Positions 1 to 13,285 of a stretch of DNA of 64,000 bases are shown one piece after another. The notes below the pieces were generated by a model. That model worked only from the letters and a program-made list of their open reading frames with translations. It did no database searches and was not told where the DNA came from. The stretch is from Marsupella aquatica (taxonomy: Eukaryota; Plantae; Marchantiophyta). Position numbers and translations under genes: made by a program. Numbering within the stretch: position 1 is the stretch's first letter; each line of letters starts with the position of its first letter. The stretch lies in contig OZ316895.1 of assembly GCA_973895155.1 (NCBI GenBank), positions 24,933,730 to 24,997,729 of the forward strand. The letters are read 5' to 3'.

Positions 1-1377
1 TGAGCTTCTGCAACTACGACCCAAGGTTGCAGCCGCCGATGAGTTGTTATCAAAGGCGCACGCTCTTACCGCCCTAGCCGAACAGGCCAAAGCTGGGAAC
101 GAGGCCGAGATTACACGACTCCGGAACCAGATTGACAGTTTGAAGAAACAAGCTGTCACCTGGCAGAAAGACCTGGAGGAGGCCGAGGAGCGAGCCCAGC
201 GGGACGCGACGGAGATAGCCACGCTGCAGGCCGAGATGGCGCGGCTCCAAACCGAGGCCGAGAAGCAGGACCAGCTGGCGAGTAAACTGGCGAGCGACGC
301 CCAGCAGCTGGAGGAGGCATGTCAGGAGGCAGCAGAGGAGACGGACGCGGCGAGGCGAGAGAACGAATCTCTGCTGGACCAGGTCCAGCTCCTCAAAGCG
401 GACAATGACAGGCTTCGAAGGCAGCGGGATGGCCGTTCCCATTCGGGCGGCTTTGGCAAGCGTGCCAGGCATTAGCGGCGGAGTAGGAATAGATTAGGAT
501 TAGGATTGGCTCGGTCAGGCTCTTGGGACAGGCACCTGCCTTAGGTACGGCAGCGCTGCCCTGCTGTCCAGCCTGCGTAGATTAGGATCTTCTAATAAAA
601 CACAGTCGTTTTCCGGCCTGACTGTCAGCTTAGTTAGGACCTTGGTCAGCGAATCTTCGGCGGGAGGATACCCCGTTCCTCGGCTCTTAGTATTTAGTGC
701 ACCCCTCGGTAGAGGCAGGGGGGGGGGTTTTTAGTTTCAGAGTCGGACATCCGCGGGACACGCGGGGAGTCCCGACCTCTAGGAATGACAGAGTACCAAG
801 GGGAGGGGGTAGGACTAAGCTTGCCGGGCGAGTGCGGAGCCGGGCTCCGTTGTAGTGTGCACCCTTGGCCTTGAACCTGTGCATTCCAGGGCTGTCGTGT
901 CAACTAAGTGTACGCATATGTTCCCTTTGTAGTAAAAATCCTTTCCCATCATTTTTCCTTCGTGTAAATCGAGATTGTATGCATGTGTGCGCATATGTGT
1001 GTGGGTTTCTCGTATATGGGTGGCAGCGCCGGGCCGAACGCACTACCCGAGACGTGCACAGGGTGCAGCCTGCGGGTAAGTGGTTGCGAGCACGGGTTGA
1101 GGACCTGTATCATCGAATCCGGATCGAAGGCGGACAGCACGAAGGCTTAGAAGCCCTTAAGCCGGGGTCGATCCTGCTATCGACTAAGGTACGTTCCGGC
1201 GGCGGAACACAAACCATACCTAGGAGGTGTCCGTATTTAGTAGTATGCGCACTTAGCGCTAGTTTACGAGAATAAGGTGCATTACGTGCTTCCCTTCCTG
1301 CCCGAACCCTCAGATTTACGATGGATGTGCCCGTCTAAGCTGAAGTCTGAGTTAAGGCCGAAGCCTACGACGTGACA
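1..1377. mobile_element. Terminal part of a putative LTR retrotransposon inserted into the adjacent gypsy pol
   Basis: GC-rich segment ends in CGTGACA at 1377, exactly where the minus-strand gypsy frame (..KKVKPVALS) loses homology. Purine runs at 708-728 and 798-810 are possible PPT remnants. Confidence 0.45.
2..475 (+). CDS. 5'-partial, GC-rich coiled-coil ORF, probably an accessory ORF of a retrotransposon
   Basis: Frame open from base 2 (ELLQLRPKVAAADELLSK...) to the stop at 475. Sequence is E/Q/A/L-rich and heptad-like, with no recognisable enzyme motif. It lies in a GC-rich segment ending in an LTR-like GTGACA. Confidence 0.5.
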   Translation, partial: ELLQLRPKVAAADELLSKAHALTALAEQAKAGNEAEITRLRNQIDSLKKQAVTWQKDLEEAEERAQRDATEIATLQAEMARLQTEAEKQDQLASKLASDAQQLEEACQEAAEETDAARRENESLLDQVQLLKADNDRLRRQRDGRSHSGGFGKRARH

Positions 1378-2712
1378 ACGACAATGCTACTGGTTTTACC
1401 TTCTTTGCTACTGATTTGTACTTTGTCTCCACAAGCACTTCAGGTCTCTCTCTTCCAACAAACGATCTGATTACCTCATATACTCTATGAGAGCATATTT
1501 TCACCATACTTTGGTCACTCTGTAATATAGACTCTAGTCCTTCTATGGTGTCATCAAAACAAACTTCCTCAAACACTCATGAAATGTACTCATCCCCAAT
1601 CAATTCTCCTCTCCTTCTCAATTCTTTCTCTATAATCTTCACTCTATTTTTCTCAAATTTTTTAAAGGTTTCCACCTTCATGTACGAAATCAATCCCTCT
1701 TCTATAAAACCTAAGAACCCATGAGAAAAACCCTCCCCATCTTCTACTTCAAGCGAGAGGTGTTCTACCTTTGTACCATTGTATTCTCGCTCTACCATGG
1801 TACTTCCCCAAAATCCTTAAATTCTGGAGTCACCCTTGGCAATGGTCTCTCCCTCAAGCTGTCTCCATTCCTTGCATGATCTGGACACACGGTCAAGAAT
1901 TGTACTGTTTGCTTTCCATCTTTGCTCCTGATCCTGGCATATGATGATCCATCATCCATTGTCTTTGTCTCCATCCGCAATCCCGTTATGTATGGCATTC
2001 CAAGTATAATCGGATAGGTAGCTGACTCTTGGACAAAAAAGTTTTGCCCCTCCTTGATATCTCCTATCGTGATATTAACATTGGGGCAGGCTCCCCATAA
2101 ACTACCTTTAGAATTGTTTGATGCTCTCATCAACCATCCATGCTCCTTGTCGACAGGCCAATCCCCTCTGTCAAACAATTCCTTGGACATGAGGTTAATT
2201 TCTGACCCTGAATCCACCAATGCCACAACAGGTTCTTCCAAGTGTCCGATGTGCACCAAGGTTTCCGTAGTGGCTCTAGCCCAATGATTGCGCAAATAGT
2301 GACTCTTTCAAGCCACTTGCTCCTCTTCATCAGCAAATCGCACTATAGATGTTTGATAACATAGAGCCACATTCTTGTCTCCTTCTCCCATGATTCCTTG
2401 TACGCTTGTAGCTTCTGGTTCAACCAAACTCTGACGCTTTCTTTTGATGATATCAATGATGACTTCATGAAACTCTCATTTTGCAATACCCAACACTTCG
2501 CCCAATGTGAACTCCACTTTGCCATTGAGAATCCTCTCCTCCAGCACTTTCTTCAGATCTGTAGCTAGCTCAATGTCGGATTGCAATTTGTATGCTGGCC
2601 CTTTCCCCTTCTCTTTTGACTGATTTCTCCTCCCCTTCATGGAATACGCTTCATCCATCATTTCCTCTCGAGGTGGAGCTGAATCAGCATGCACTCTTTC
2701 CTCCCTTGCCGG
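1378..2712 (-). pseudogene. Ty3/gypsy gag C-terminus, aspartic protease and start of pol (decayed fragment)
   Basis: One frame with in-frame stops reads ..LEERILNGKVEFTLGEVLGIAK*EFHE.. into the retropepsin motif ALVDSGSEINLM and IILGMPY. A -1 frame continues to YKSVAKKVKPVAL, typical of the protease-RT linker of gypsy elements. Confidence 0.85.
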
Positions 2713-5700
2713 TGTCCTAAGGATAAGCAAAGAGGTGGGAAAAGAGGCTCAAGGGACACGCAGGGTGTATGGCTGCTTGAGATATAGGAAACGGTTGCAA
2801 ACAAGATAAAGTAGACCCTAAGCACTTCCTTTCATCCCCATCATCACAAGCAAGCAAGCAAGCAAGCAAGCATGCATGCTTTCGAAACTCAAGCCATTTA
2901 CATACTCATATCCAATCACAATCAAAATAACTAGTTCAAGCTTCCCAATGTAATCCTCACAAGTCTAAGCCCAACATTCAATTGGTCACCATTCCTTTTC
3001 CAACACTTGATTGCACACAATCCCTTGCAACCCTCTAAGGTACACAAGTTCAAGCTTACATCAATGTGGTCAAGTTAAGGGTCACTCTTGGTTGTGGCTA
3101 AGACAAGTGGGACATCCAAAGGTATGCAAGGCATCTCTATGCACCATTCAAACATCCAACTTTTGAAACATGGAAAACTACTTTCGAAAAGTGACCTAGG
3201 GTTGGTCAACAAACTCCTTAACAAACATGGAATTGACCTTAGTCCCTTCCTCTAGTAGAACCACCAAGTACAATCCACAAACAACCCATTCCATCAATAG
3301 AAAATGCCTTTACTCTTTACTCTTGTAACTTCCCTCATGCATAATAACTACTTTCGAAAGTACCTTCATTCAACCCATCTACTTTCAAAAACACCTTCAA
3401 GCTCACAACAACATTCAAAAATGGCATGAAGACATTCATTCTAACCATTCCATCACTCATAGCCAAAGCAAGGCATCAACACACATCTCAAAAACGAGGA
3501 TACCTCTCCTCTAAATGCATAGCAAGAAGGCACATGTAGCATCATGGCCTCCAAGTAAAAACATGGGTCACAAGCAAGACCCTCCTAGCAAAAATGAATC
3601 ATCACCAAGTCTAGTCATCAACCAAGCATTCAAAATCCCTCCATAGCCTATCCAAGCTTCAAAACCCTAGTCTCCTTCTCTCATACTTCCTTCTATCAAC
3701 CAAATCTACTTTCGAAGCTTCAAGTCAAGGAGTTTACAAGAGAGTAGGCCTTCTTAGTGAGCCATCTCTAATGCAAGACTCCCAAGCTTCAACAAGATTA
3801 GGTCTCATCTCCTCTAAGCTTTCAAAAATCTCCTACAAGTCCATTCTCCTCAAAACTTGAAGCAACAAACCTACATTCGAGTATGCCTTCTTGTGGGCAA
3901 TCTCTCATGTAAGCTCCTTATACTTCCTACTCACATCCTACCTCCTTCCTAAGGCTTTGAGTCAGCCTCTCCTACATTCGAAACCTCTCTCCAAATCCCT
4001 AGAAAAACCGTCACAAAACTCAATCTCTTCACATTCAAAGCTTCTACTCCATCTATCTCTTCACAAAATTGCCTCTACATCTCCTACCCTCAAAATCCAA
4101 AGGCCATGGCCAAGGAGGAGGGCTCCCCCTTCACTCATGCCTCATGCTCGAGCTCCCCTCAAGAGGTTCGCTCCTACCTATTCGAAACTTACTCAAAGAC
4201 TCAAAAACTGCCAAAAGCGACAGCACTTTAGCAGCATCACAGTGTGAGAGAGGGCCCTTGCCCTTCGAACTCTCCTCTTTAGTACTCTCGTGGGAAGGCC
4301 TGGGGCAAGGCACGAGCCCTCCACTTATGGTTTAAGTCCTCGACAATTTTCAGCCCTTGATCATCCATCAAAAAGATCTAAGGGTCAAAAATGAGCCAAA
4401 ATACCATCCTTTGTAACTTTGTAACCAAATGAGGCTTCGCACTTTCGAAAAAACCTCGAACTCCTCCAAACCCTAAGGCACGTCCTCATCCTCAATCCTA
4501 TCCATTCATCCATTGACTCAACCAAGATCCACCGTTGACGTAGGTTCAATGAATCTAGTCCTTATTTCACAAAACTAGGAATCTGGCCCATATCTCACAA
4601 AACTGATGCACTTGGACCAAACCCTCTTACATGCCTTGAACCTGGTCACCTCCTCCATGTATTCAATGAACCTGGTCACCATGTTGCCAAAACCCTAAAT
4701 ACCTTGCTTGTTGAGCAAGCAACCTCCATTCCGCCAATCCGCCAAATGATAACTTAATCGCTGGTCACAAATGAAAAACATACCCCACAATAGTAACAAG
4801 GGTGGGTAGGCTCGACCTCATCCCTACCTTGACCCTCATAACTCTACTTCCTCCTTCACCTTGGTCAAGTTAGCTCAAGTCAAGTCAACTTGCCCAAGTT
4901 AGAAGCAAAAATTGGTTTCAACTTCCTTCACAAAACATGAGGATTCCTCCTTCAGGATGGAAACCTCATGACACCGGTCGCTTGGATGGTCCTTCATTGG
5001 CTTCGGTTCTCCTCCGCTTGTCTTCTACTGTCAAACACTTGTCAAGGAGCTTAAGCGGCTTTTCTCCCCAAAAGACTACCTAATACCTGCTCCATATCAT
5101 ACCAGGGTCACAAAGGATTGACAAAACTTCTGAAATGTGCCTACAATGACTTATCACTCCATACATAAGTAGTTTCAACTCTCCACTTCTAGAGAGGTAG
5201 TCCCCTTGACTACTTTTGTACTCACACCCTTCCCCTCTCCTCTACTCCAAGGATCAGCAAGGGGGATCTTCGCTCCAAGCTGTCACCTTAGAGAAGAGTC
5301 TCACACAAACACCCAAGAACCAAAGTACTTTCCTCTTCAAGCTTAAGTCTCCTCAAGACCCTCAAAGTAGTGTTACCCCTCAACCTTGCCCCCTGGGCCT
5401 TGGTTTGGGTCCACACATCCCCTTTGAGCTCTAGAGAAGGCTCCTCTATCTAAGGACTCTTCCTCTTGTTCTTACTTCTTGTTAACACCACACACAAGGC
5501 AAAATACTTTCCACCCTCAAGCTATAATCCTCTCTAAGTCTCAAAGTAGTGCTCTACCTTAACCTTGCCTCCTTGGCCTTGGTTTTGTACTAGCACATCC
5601 CCTTCAAGCTTAGACCAAGATTACATCATAGCATGGACTCTTCTCTTGCTCTCATATGCTTCAAATGCACTCACACTTAATGGTCACAATGAAGATTGGC

Positions 5701-6356
5701 AAGTCTCATTTTATTGCATCACCTTTAAAACAAAATTTCACTACACATTCTCCACACTAAGCATGGACCACCTCTCCCTTCTCAAGCTTAGCCCTACCTT
5801 GGCAAGGTAGAGATTCCACTTAAGAGATGAGACTCCCGGTCCCTAACAAAGGAAAACTTTCTCCTTATATACTATTCTCCTTCCACACCACACCAAGCTT
5901 GACCTGGGGTCCAACTACTCCTCCCCCAAGTCCTCCTAACACACAAAGTCCAACTCTATAGTTTGTAGCTCACTCTACAACCTATTGCTTGACTCCTTCC
6001 AAGCCCTGGAATATGTCACACATGAGTTGCATGCTTTGATCTCCAAACCTGCTCTCACTTATGGTCCTCCTCACCAGCTTTCCAACCCACTTGAAAGCTC
6101 GCAAAAAGAGTGAGTGAGTCTCAAGTTGTGTCATGTCAAAGTTGGCTCATTATTTACTAGTCCTTACTTACTACCCCGACCTATCAACTTACTTTCCTTA
6201 CCCTAACGGCCTTGCACCTTTACCCTGAGGTACTCTCTTCTCCATGTATCCTAACTTGGGTGACACGGGTGCAAGAAGTGTCGGCCTAAAAACCTGGTCT
6301 TACTTCCCCCATGCCGACTCCCGTTTGCAAGCTATGGGGACCCCCTCGTGACCTCT
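2713..6356. mobile_element. Degenerate, strand-biased repeat, probably LTR or non-coding retrotransposon sequence inserted into gag
   Basis: Starts with TGTCC exactly where the gag frame breaks off. Strongly C/A-skewed on +, with a recurring CTACTTTCGAAA motif and no credible ORF. Confidence 0.4.
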
Positions 6357-7484
6357 TGTATATATCTTCTCTGCACAGCGCGTGCAATGAGGCCGGTCTT
6401 CAGGCCATTTCAGGGTATTTAGGGAGCGCGGTGCATGGTCTCCTACATGCAGTGCACGGTCTCAACGTTTCATTATTTGGACTCCCACAACATTATTATT
6501 AAAACCTTTAAACTCCACTAGTATTGATTAGGGTGACTTACGGGTGGTTGCCGTAGGCTCCCATAACATTATTTTTTAAGTGTTCATACACCACTAGCAT
6601 TCATTGTGACTCACTTGTAGTCCCGCACTCCCATAACATTTCCAATAAAAGTCTTTTGCAGCTATAACATTCATGTTGAAACCATTGGACTCCGTTAGCA
6701 TCAAAAGTGTCACCATTCAATTTGGGTTCGTGAGAAATACAAAGGAAACAAAGCTTGGTCAATGCTTCTAGAATTCTTGTACCAGCCTTCAATCTGGTTC
6801 TTTAATGTGCTCGTCACCTTCAAATTCCCTTCTGCATTATTGTTGGGTCGGTATTTTGGTCGGGAAGCATTGGCCTTCAAGAATTCCTGTTGCTGGCCTT
6901 CAATCTGGTCCTTGACTGTGCTCGCCACCTCCAAATTCCCTTCAATCTGCATCTTGAATCTTGCATCGCTTGGATGGCGTACTGACATCGTCAATAATTG
7001 CAGCAAGTGATGGATTAGAGTCATTCACTGTCAGATGCAGTCTTCGAGCGAAGGCATTTCCGAATGGTTGCGTTTTTTATGCTTACTGGTGGCAGTGGCG
7101 TGGCGTGGTTTCAGGCTGAGTGTGCAGTGATGGAGCTTCTCTTCTGTACAACATCCATGGTTGCGGTATCCATGCCTTGCTACTCACCTCCATCTGTGTT
7201 GCAACTCCATTCAGACACTCCTAGGACCCAAATCGCCTTCACTGTCCAACCCACCATACAACACTCTTATGTAAAGGCTGTGTCTCACATGCGATACATG
7301 GTATGTCTCCAAGTTTCAGCATATGGACTCCCACAACATTTCCGGTTAAAGTGGAGGCTCCCATAACATTTCCGGTTAAACCGTAGACTCCCATAGCTTT
7401 CATGTTGAAACCTTTAAACTCCGTTAGCATCAAATGTGTCACCATTCAATTTTGGACGTGGGAAATGAGATACAAAATTTTGGA

Positions 7485-7750
7485 CGTGGGAAATGCCCAT
7501 GTGCTCAGATGGGTATGTATGTTTCAAATTACAGTATTTTGAAGGTTGGGGGTTACGAGGGATGGGGTATTCCAAAACGCACAGCCACCATGTGTTGGGG
7601 TAATGCAAGTGCCAATGTGCTCCGAAGGGTATGTATGTATCAAATTACAGTATTTTGAAGGTTGGGGGGTATGAGGGATGGGGTATTCTAAAATGCACAG
7701 CCACCATGGGCTGGGGTAATGCAAATTAATGCCCATGTGCTCTGAAGGGT
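7485..7750. repeat. Tandem repeat of ~120 bp (CAAATTACAGTATTTTGAAGGTTGGGGG...CACAGCCACCATG), with a dispersed unit near 8088-8155; duplicated near 55125-55390
   Basis: Units read directly from the sequence. Confidence 0.85.
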
Positions 7751-8859
7751 ATTAATAGGATAATGTCCTGGTTAGAGGGCATTGTGGGATATAATGCTCG
7801 TAACTAGGACATTTAATGTACGTAAAAACTTGAGTGACTTTTTGGTAACAAACAAGAAAAAGTGAATCCCTGAAATAGAAAATTCAAATTAAAGGGTCAT
7901 CCAAGAAGTGGTTGCTATGGAATTGGCCAAAAATATACCTTCTTTAGTTATATTAGATTCTATTCATAGATATTGTGTTAGTATCAGGTAGGTGTTTTGT
8001 ATAATCCCCTCCTAAAAAAAAGGGGTGCATTATGGAGAATTAATGCACTCAAATATACAAAGAGAAAAGCCACGAAAGTCTTTACGTATCAAAATTACAG
8101 TATTGAAGGTGAAGGGGGGTACGTGGGATGGGGGTATTCTATAACGCACAGCCACAGTTGAAGCCACTTTGATAAGTGATTACTCAGTTGAACAATAGGA
8201 GAGCAATGCTGCTCTAAGTGGAATGTCTTATTTTGTTTACGAGTGGAATGTTTTGTGGACTACCGTAAACAGACATGTTCATTAATGAAGAAATGCGGTG
8301 CTGGTCAGACTGTCCTCACTGTTGTTTTTATAAAGTGGGATGAGAAGCTATTGACAAACCACATCATCACTGACCACACACACTCTTACTGTATAATAAT
8401 CAGAAGTACTCACTGTACTGTCCAGTAGTCTGCGTTTTTGGATTAGTTGTGATGATTTCTGTTCAGTCTGCTACTATAAGGAGGTTGAATGGGCAACCTT
8501 CCAGTATGGGTGAAGGTTTTTTCGGGAACAAACAGGCACAGCAGGGTAGTATGGTTGAATTGCCTAATCTATCTTGTTGTGGGCATTGTATTGCACCTCG
8601 CGCTAACCCTTGGTACACTCTTAATCTTAAAAGGTGTTCATCTGTAAAGGCCAAGTATTCTGATAAACCCACACAACACTATTGAAAGAAAAGGAACAAG
8701 GTTTAGAGTTTAGAGTATTCTGAGAAAACCACACACTGTTGACACTGTTTACATGATAAATGGCCATTGTCAGTAAGAGATACAAAAGTTGAGGTCATGT
8801 AATGCGGTATTATGGTTCATATTATTTAGGAAATTGGGCCATATACGTGGATATCATGC

Positions 8860-9245
8860 ACAAGCTAGGGTAATCTAATAATCGAGTAATGTACAACTAA
8901 GGTTAATGTTAGGAATACATCTGAACCTCGGGGTAATCCAATCACAAAGCAATGTACTAGACAAGTTAATCTTAGGATATTGTGCCATACACACGGATAC
9001 GAAAGTTGGGGTAATCTTATCCATCAATAAATATACATTAATTAATGTTTAGGATTTGTGCCATACACATGAATACAAAAGCCGGGGTAATCCTACACAA
9101 GGATACGAAACGCAAGCCGGGGTAATCTTATAATCAATAAAGTACTAGTAAGGTTAATGTTTGGAAATTGGCCACACCCATGGATACAAAGCTGGGGTAA
9201 TCCTACACATAGATACGAAGCAAATGCCGGGGTAATCTAATAATC
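8860..9245. repeat. Imperfect tandem array with GGGGTAATC core; duplicated near 56504-56854 with one 35-bp unit missing
   Basis: The (G)GGGTAATC core recurs about 7 times. Copy 2 lacks the interval between the two GCCGGGGTAATC motifs at 9081 and 9116. Confidence 0.8.
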
Positions 9246-10443
9246 ATAATTAAAGTACAAATGAATGTATTAAGGAATGTACTAAGCTGGGCTGTAAAAA
9301 TGTGGGGTTTTACATACATGGACACAAGACTATAAACGTGACGAAATGATGTAATCATGCAGGTCAGGTAAAGTAGGAAGATTGTTTGTTACACCAACAG
9401 TCTTCGGCCACAAATGAGTTTTCGGCCACAAATGAGGTGTTGTACAACACATTTGTTATGTCATACAGCCATCCATTTGAGTAGTGTTTTTTTATCTAGA
9501 TGTAAGTGTCCAGTGTGAGGGAAAATTGGCAGGTCATGTGGGACTGGGGAAAATAAATTTTGATTTGTGTGAAGTGCGCCTCACACGTCGCTTCTAGGTT
9601 CTGAAAATCTAGGGTTGATGGTAAAAATGAAAATGTATAATCTGAGTATGAAATAGATACGGAGGTGTCGAGGAGTAAAACTAGACCAGACCAGAATGGG
9701 GCAGGGGGAGTTTAGGGTCCATTTATATTGAATGTAATGAGAGAATTGTTTACTAGAATAAATGGTACCCCATATTTAAATAACGTGTCTATTGATCGAT
9801 ACCCAGGAAAGAAAATACCGTCCTATCTTCTTTGCACTTCAACCGATGCACAATGCTTGCCTTTCTAGAGAACAAGGTAGCCAAAACAAATTCACCGAAG
9901 AGAATAGATAGTTCAAAACTCCTGACTCTAATTTACAAATACTACAAAAAAACATTTGACTCTTACCTGAAGTTTTCCTATCGTCTAAAATCTTAAAGTT
10001 TCCCTTTCCTGAAGCTCAAATTGTTTTTCCTTCCCTGCCCTTCCTCAAGTTTTTTTCCCTAGCGCCTGAAGCTGGAGTTTTTTTTTCCTTCCCCCCTGAC
10101 GGTGAAGTTTTTTTTTCTTCCTGGAAAAAGCTGAATTTTTTTTTGCTTGCTTTGGTTTTTGCTGTTTTTCTTCTCCCCCACTTTCACATTATGTAGGTTT
10201 GTACATCATGTGCGAAAAAAACTAGGATACAATGTATGGATTTGATGAAAAAAATCACCTCTGGTTTAGGGAACCAATATAGAGCAGGTAAATTCAGGCA
10301 TGTACTTTGGCTGGTATTTGTCCCTGCAATACCCAAAATGCTGGTCCGGTGAGGTTTAGGGTCTTTTCAGTACGTTTGGAGTCCTTCTACCGGCGCAGGG
10401 CGCCTTCATGGGGTCCCTGCCCGCTTTGTTGCTTGCTATGACT

Positions 10444-10930
10444 AATAAAAGTACCCTCATTAATAAGAGTACCCTCATGGACAAGGCCCAACACAAGGAT
10501 ACCCTTAGGAGATAAGAGTACCCTCACTGATAAGGGTACCCTCATTATCAAAGTACCATTGTTGATAAGTGTACCCTCATTGATACTTAAGAGTACCCTC
10601 ATACGCAAGGGTACCCTCAGGAGATAAGAGTACCCTCATTGATAAGGGTACCCTCACTGATCAAAGTACCATTGTTGATAAGCGTACCCATTGATAAGAG
10701 TACCCTCGCTGATAAGAGTCCCTCGCTGATAAGAGTACCCTCGTTGATAAGAGTATCCTCAAGCACAAGGGTACCCTCAGGAGATAAGAGTACCCTCATT
10801 GATAAGGGTACCCTCATTGATCTAATTAAGTACCATCGTTGATAAATGTACCACATTGATAAGAGTACCCTCACTGATAAGAGTACCCTCATGCACAAGG
10901 GTACCCTCAGGAGATAAAAGTACCCTCATT
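10444..10930. repeat. Minisatellite with ~18-bp unit (GATAAGAGTACCCTCA(T/C)T) and higher-order structure
   Basis: More than 20 GTACC(CTC) cores are visible. The overlapping ORFs are low-complexity translations of the array. Confidence 0.92.
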
Positions 10931-13285
10931 CACATGGGGAGCAATGAAAATAGGGATAATTGTAACCACGTCCAAAAGGTGAGATCTGTGATCATAGCCA
11001 TTCAAAAATACTGTCCTTCAAAACCTTGAGGACTTTAGTTTAAGAACTTTTCTAACAAACAGTTCAAGAATGTTTTTATAACAAAGAATCCAATAAAGTG
11101 TAAACTTTAATTTTATGGTGTTCAATTTTTTTAGATTTTCCCACACTATAGCAAACAAATCCACTGAATTTTTTTATTCTAATTCCAATTCAGTAAAATT
11201 TACAATTCCGGTCAAATAGTACACGAACCATTTCAGATCTGAGTACCGAAATGCCGTAAGTTGTAATTTTTATCATTAGATTTATGAATAATTCAACATG
11301 TAGGTGGGAGAAAGGGGGAATTTTGATGTTGAGGTACTCACCTTCATAAATCTACTATTGATTTGTCCCAAGGAGTGTACAGTTCTTTCCTTGGTCTCGC
11401 CTCAATATTTGTACAATGTTGGCATGAATGACACTGCACAGAACACTAAAAGGATTTAGTGTCTTGAGGATGACCAAAAACAATGACAAGAAACCTGAAA
11501 CTGAAACTCATTTGTCCAAGTGCATGTAGAGCTTCATATCATTGGCAACAATAGTGCTTGAAGCCAACTTACTTTTGAATGACGTGTAAGGCAATATCTT
11601 GTGAAAGAGGGCCGATAGCTTCCCAACTACTAAAGAAGTAGATTTTGCACTCACAAAGTCATCCCAACAACCAGATCCCCTTGTGCAATCTGAGAAACGT
11701 GGAGTATTCAATAAAAAGTTCAAAGCAAAATGTAATAAAACCATCATAAACTCAATATAATGAAATGTAACCATGTCCTTTGTGATAAATTCTGCAAACC
11801 CTTCTGCTTTTTAAATATCTACTAATTAAAAGGAAAAGGATAATACACCAGAATTTACTTCAAAACTCACTGTCAATCATGTTCTCCGAACAATAAGAAT
11901 GATAGGGAGGGAAAATGTCAACCTGGGCATACGCCCAAGTCAGGGTGTGAAGCTTAATTTTCAGGATCCTGGAATTGTGGCCGGAGAGAGGCAGCTTGCA
12001 GCAACAAGTGCTTCAGGCTTCTTCCTCATCAGCATAGCCAACACCACTAGGAGACCAACCTAGAGCAAGTACAGGTCGAGCTCCCTCCTTGTTTGTGTAG
12101 TTCAATGTTCTGACCATGTTCAATGTGCTGCATTCCCTTGGGTTTGGATGATCTTCCCTTGGCAGAAATGAGTCACATTCCAGAGTTACTCCATGCATAA
12201 TGATTATTCACCTGCCCCTGGGGTTGGATGATCTTTGTGTGGGATAAATGCCCGGTTTGAGTTAACGGGCAAGTTTACGTGTTGCCCTACGGGGTGTGGT
12301 TGGGACCGGGTGGGGTTGGGATAGGGTTGGGATGAGGTTGGGACGGTGTCAGGATAGGGGCGGGATGACCAGGTGTGACGGATGACAAATCAAGGCCAAA
12401 CCAGGCATAAATGAATCACACTTCAGAGTTACTCAAGGCAAAATGATTATTCTTCTGCCGCCAATCTGAATTGACTACTTGTAGCCTGGTGGAATCAGTG
12501 GATACTCATTACTTGGCGAGAGGTTGCACCATAAAGATTGTTATGGTTAGGAATCAAATAATAGTTGAGTGTTCATTAAGTGTTTATAATACCTTGAAAG
12601 GGTTTAACAGTTTAATGATTAGATGCATGGGACCCGGATGGGATCCCATATGAGCTTACACTTTGAATCGTTCAACAATTTGAACAATAAAATGTACAAG
12701 GGTAAATTTATAAGAAGGTAATGGCATTGTGACTTTTTTCATCAAAGCAAGCTGGAGTGCCAGTTCCTTGTTATTAGGATATATCTAGATCCAGACTAGC
12801 TCCAGAGTACCAAAATCTCTGCACTTTTGGGGCACTCTGTTGTGCTATGCATTTGAGGGAGTATTCATATCTATAACTAGACCAATGCCCGTGCGTTGAA
12901 CAAAAGATGTTGACATGAGAAAACATACCAAGGAGAGAGAAAGAGTAAAAGTGAGGAAAAGATATCAAAGTGAGAAAACTAAGTGAATAGTTTAGCTACT
13001 CATTTGCTAAACTAACAACAATAAGTTCAGCAGTTAATTGGCAAGGGAGTCCACCCTACAATTTAGCTGGTTGCAGTCAAACTGGAGTTTGGACTTTGAA
13101 TGCCATAAACTTACATTCCACCATGGGTGAGTGCAATGTGTGTATTTAGGCAAAGCTCAGATAATTGAAGGGAATGGGCTTACTCCCCTCTTTTATAGGG
13201 GGAGTGACACTTATTTCACTGACAGTTTACATAAGACTGCAAGATGAGCATCACTAGAAATGGAAAATTAGTAAGAAATCATTAG

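Noticed and set aside
10387-10930. Minisatellite as a CRISPR array, or its ORFs as genes
   Set aside because: Units are contiguous with no unique spacers, no cas genes are present and the context is eukaryotic. The ORFs are translations of the repeat.
12290-12366. G-run tract as part of the telomere-like end system
   Set aside because: It is G4-capable but short, internal to the long repeat, and lacks the motifs of the end arrays.
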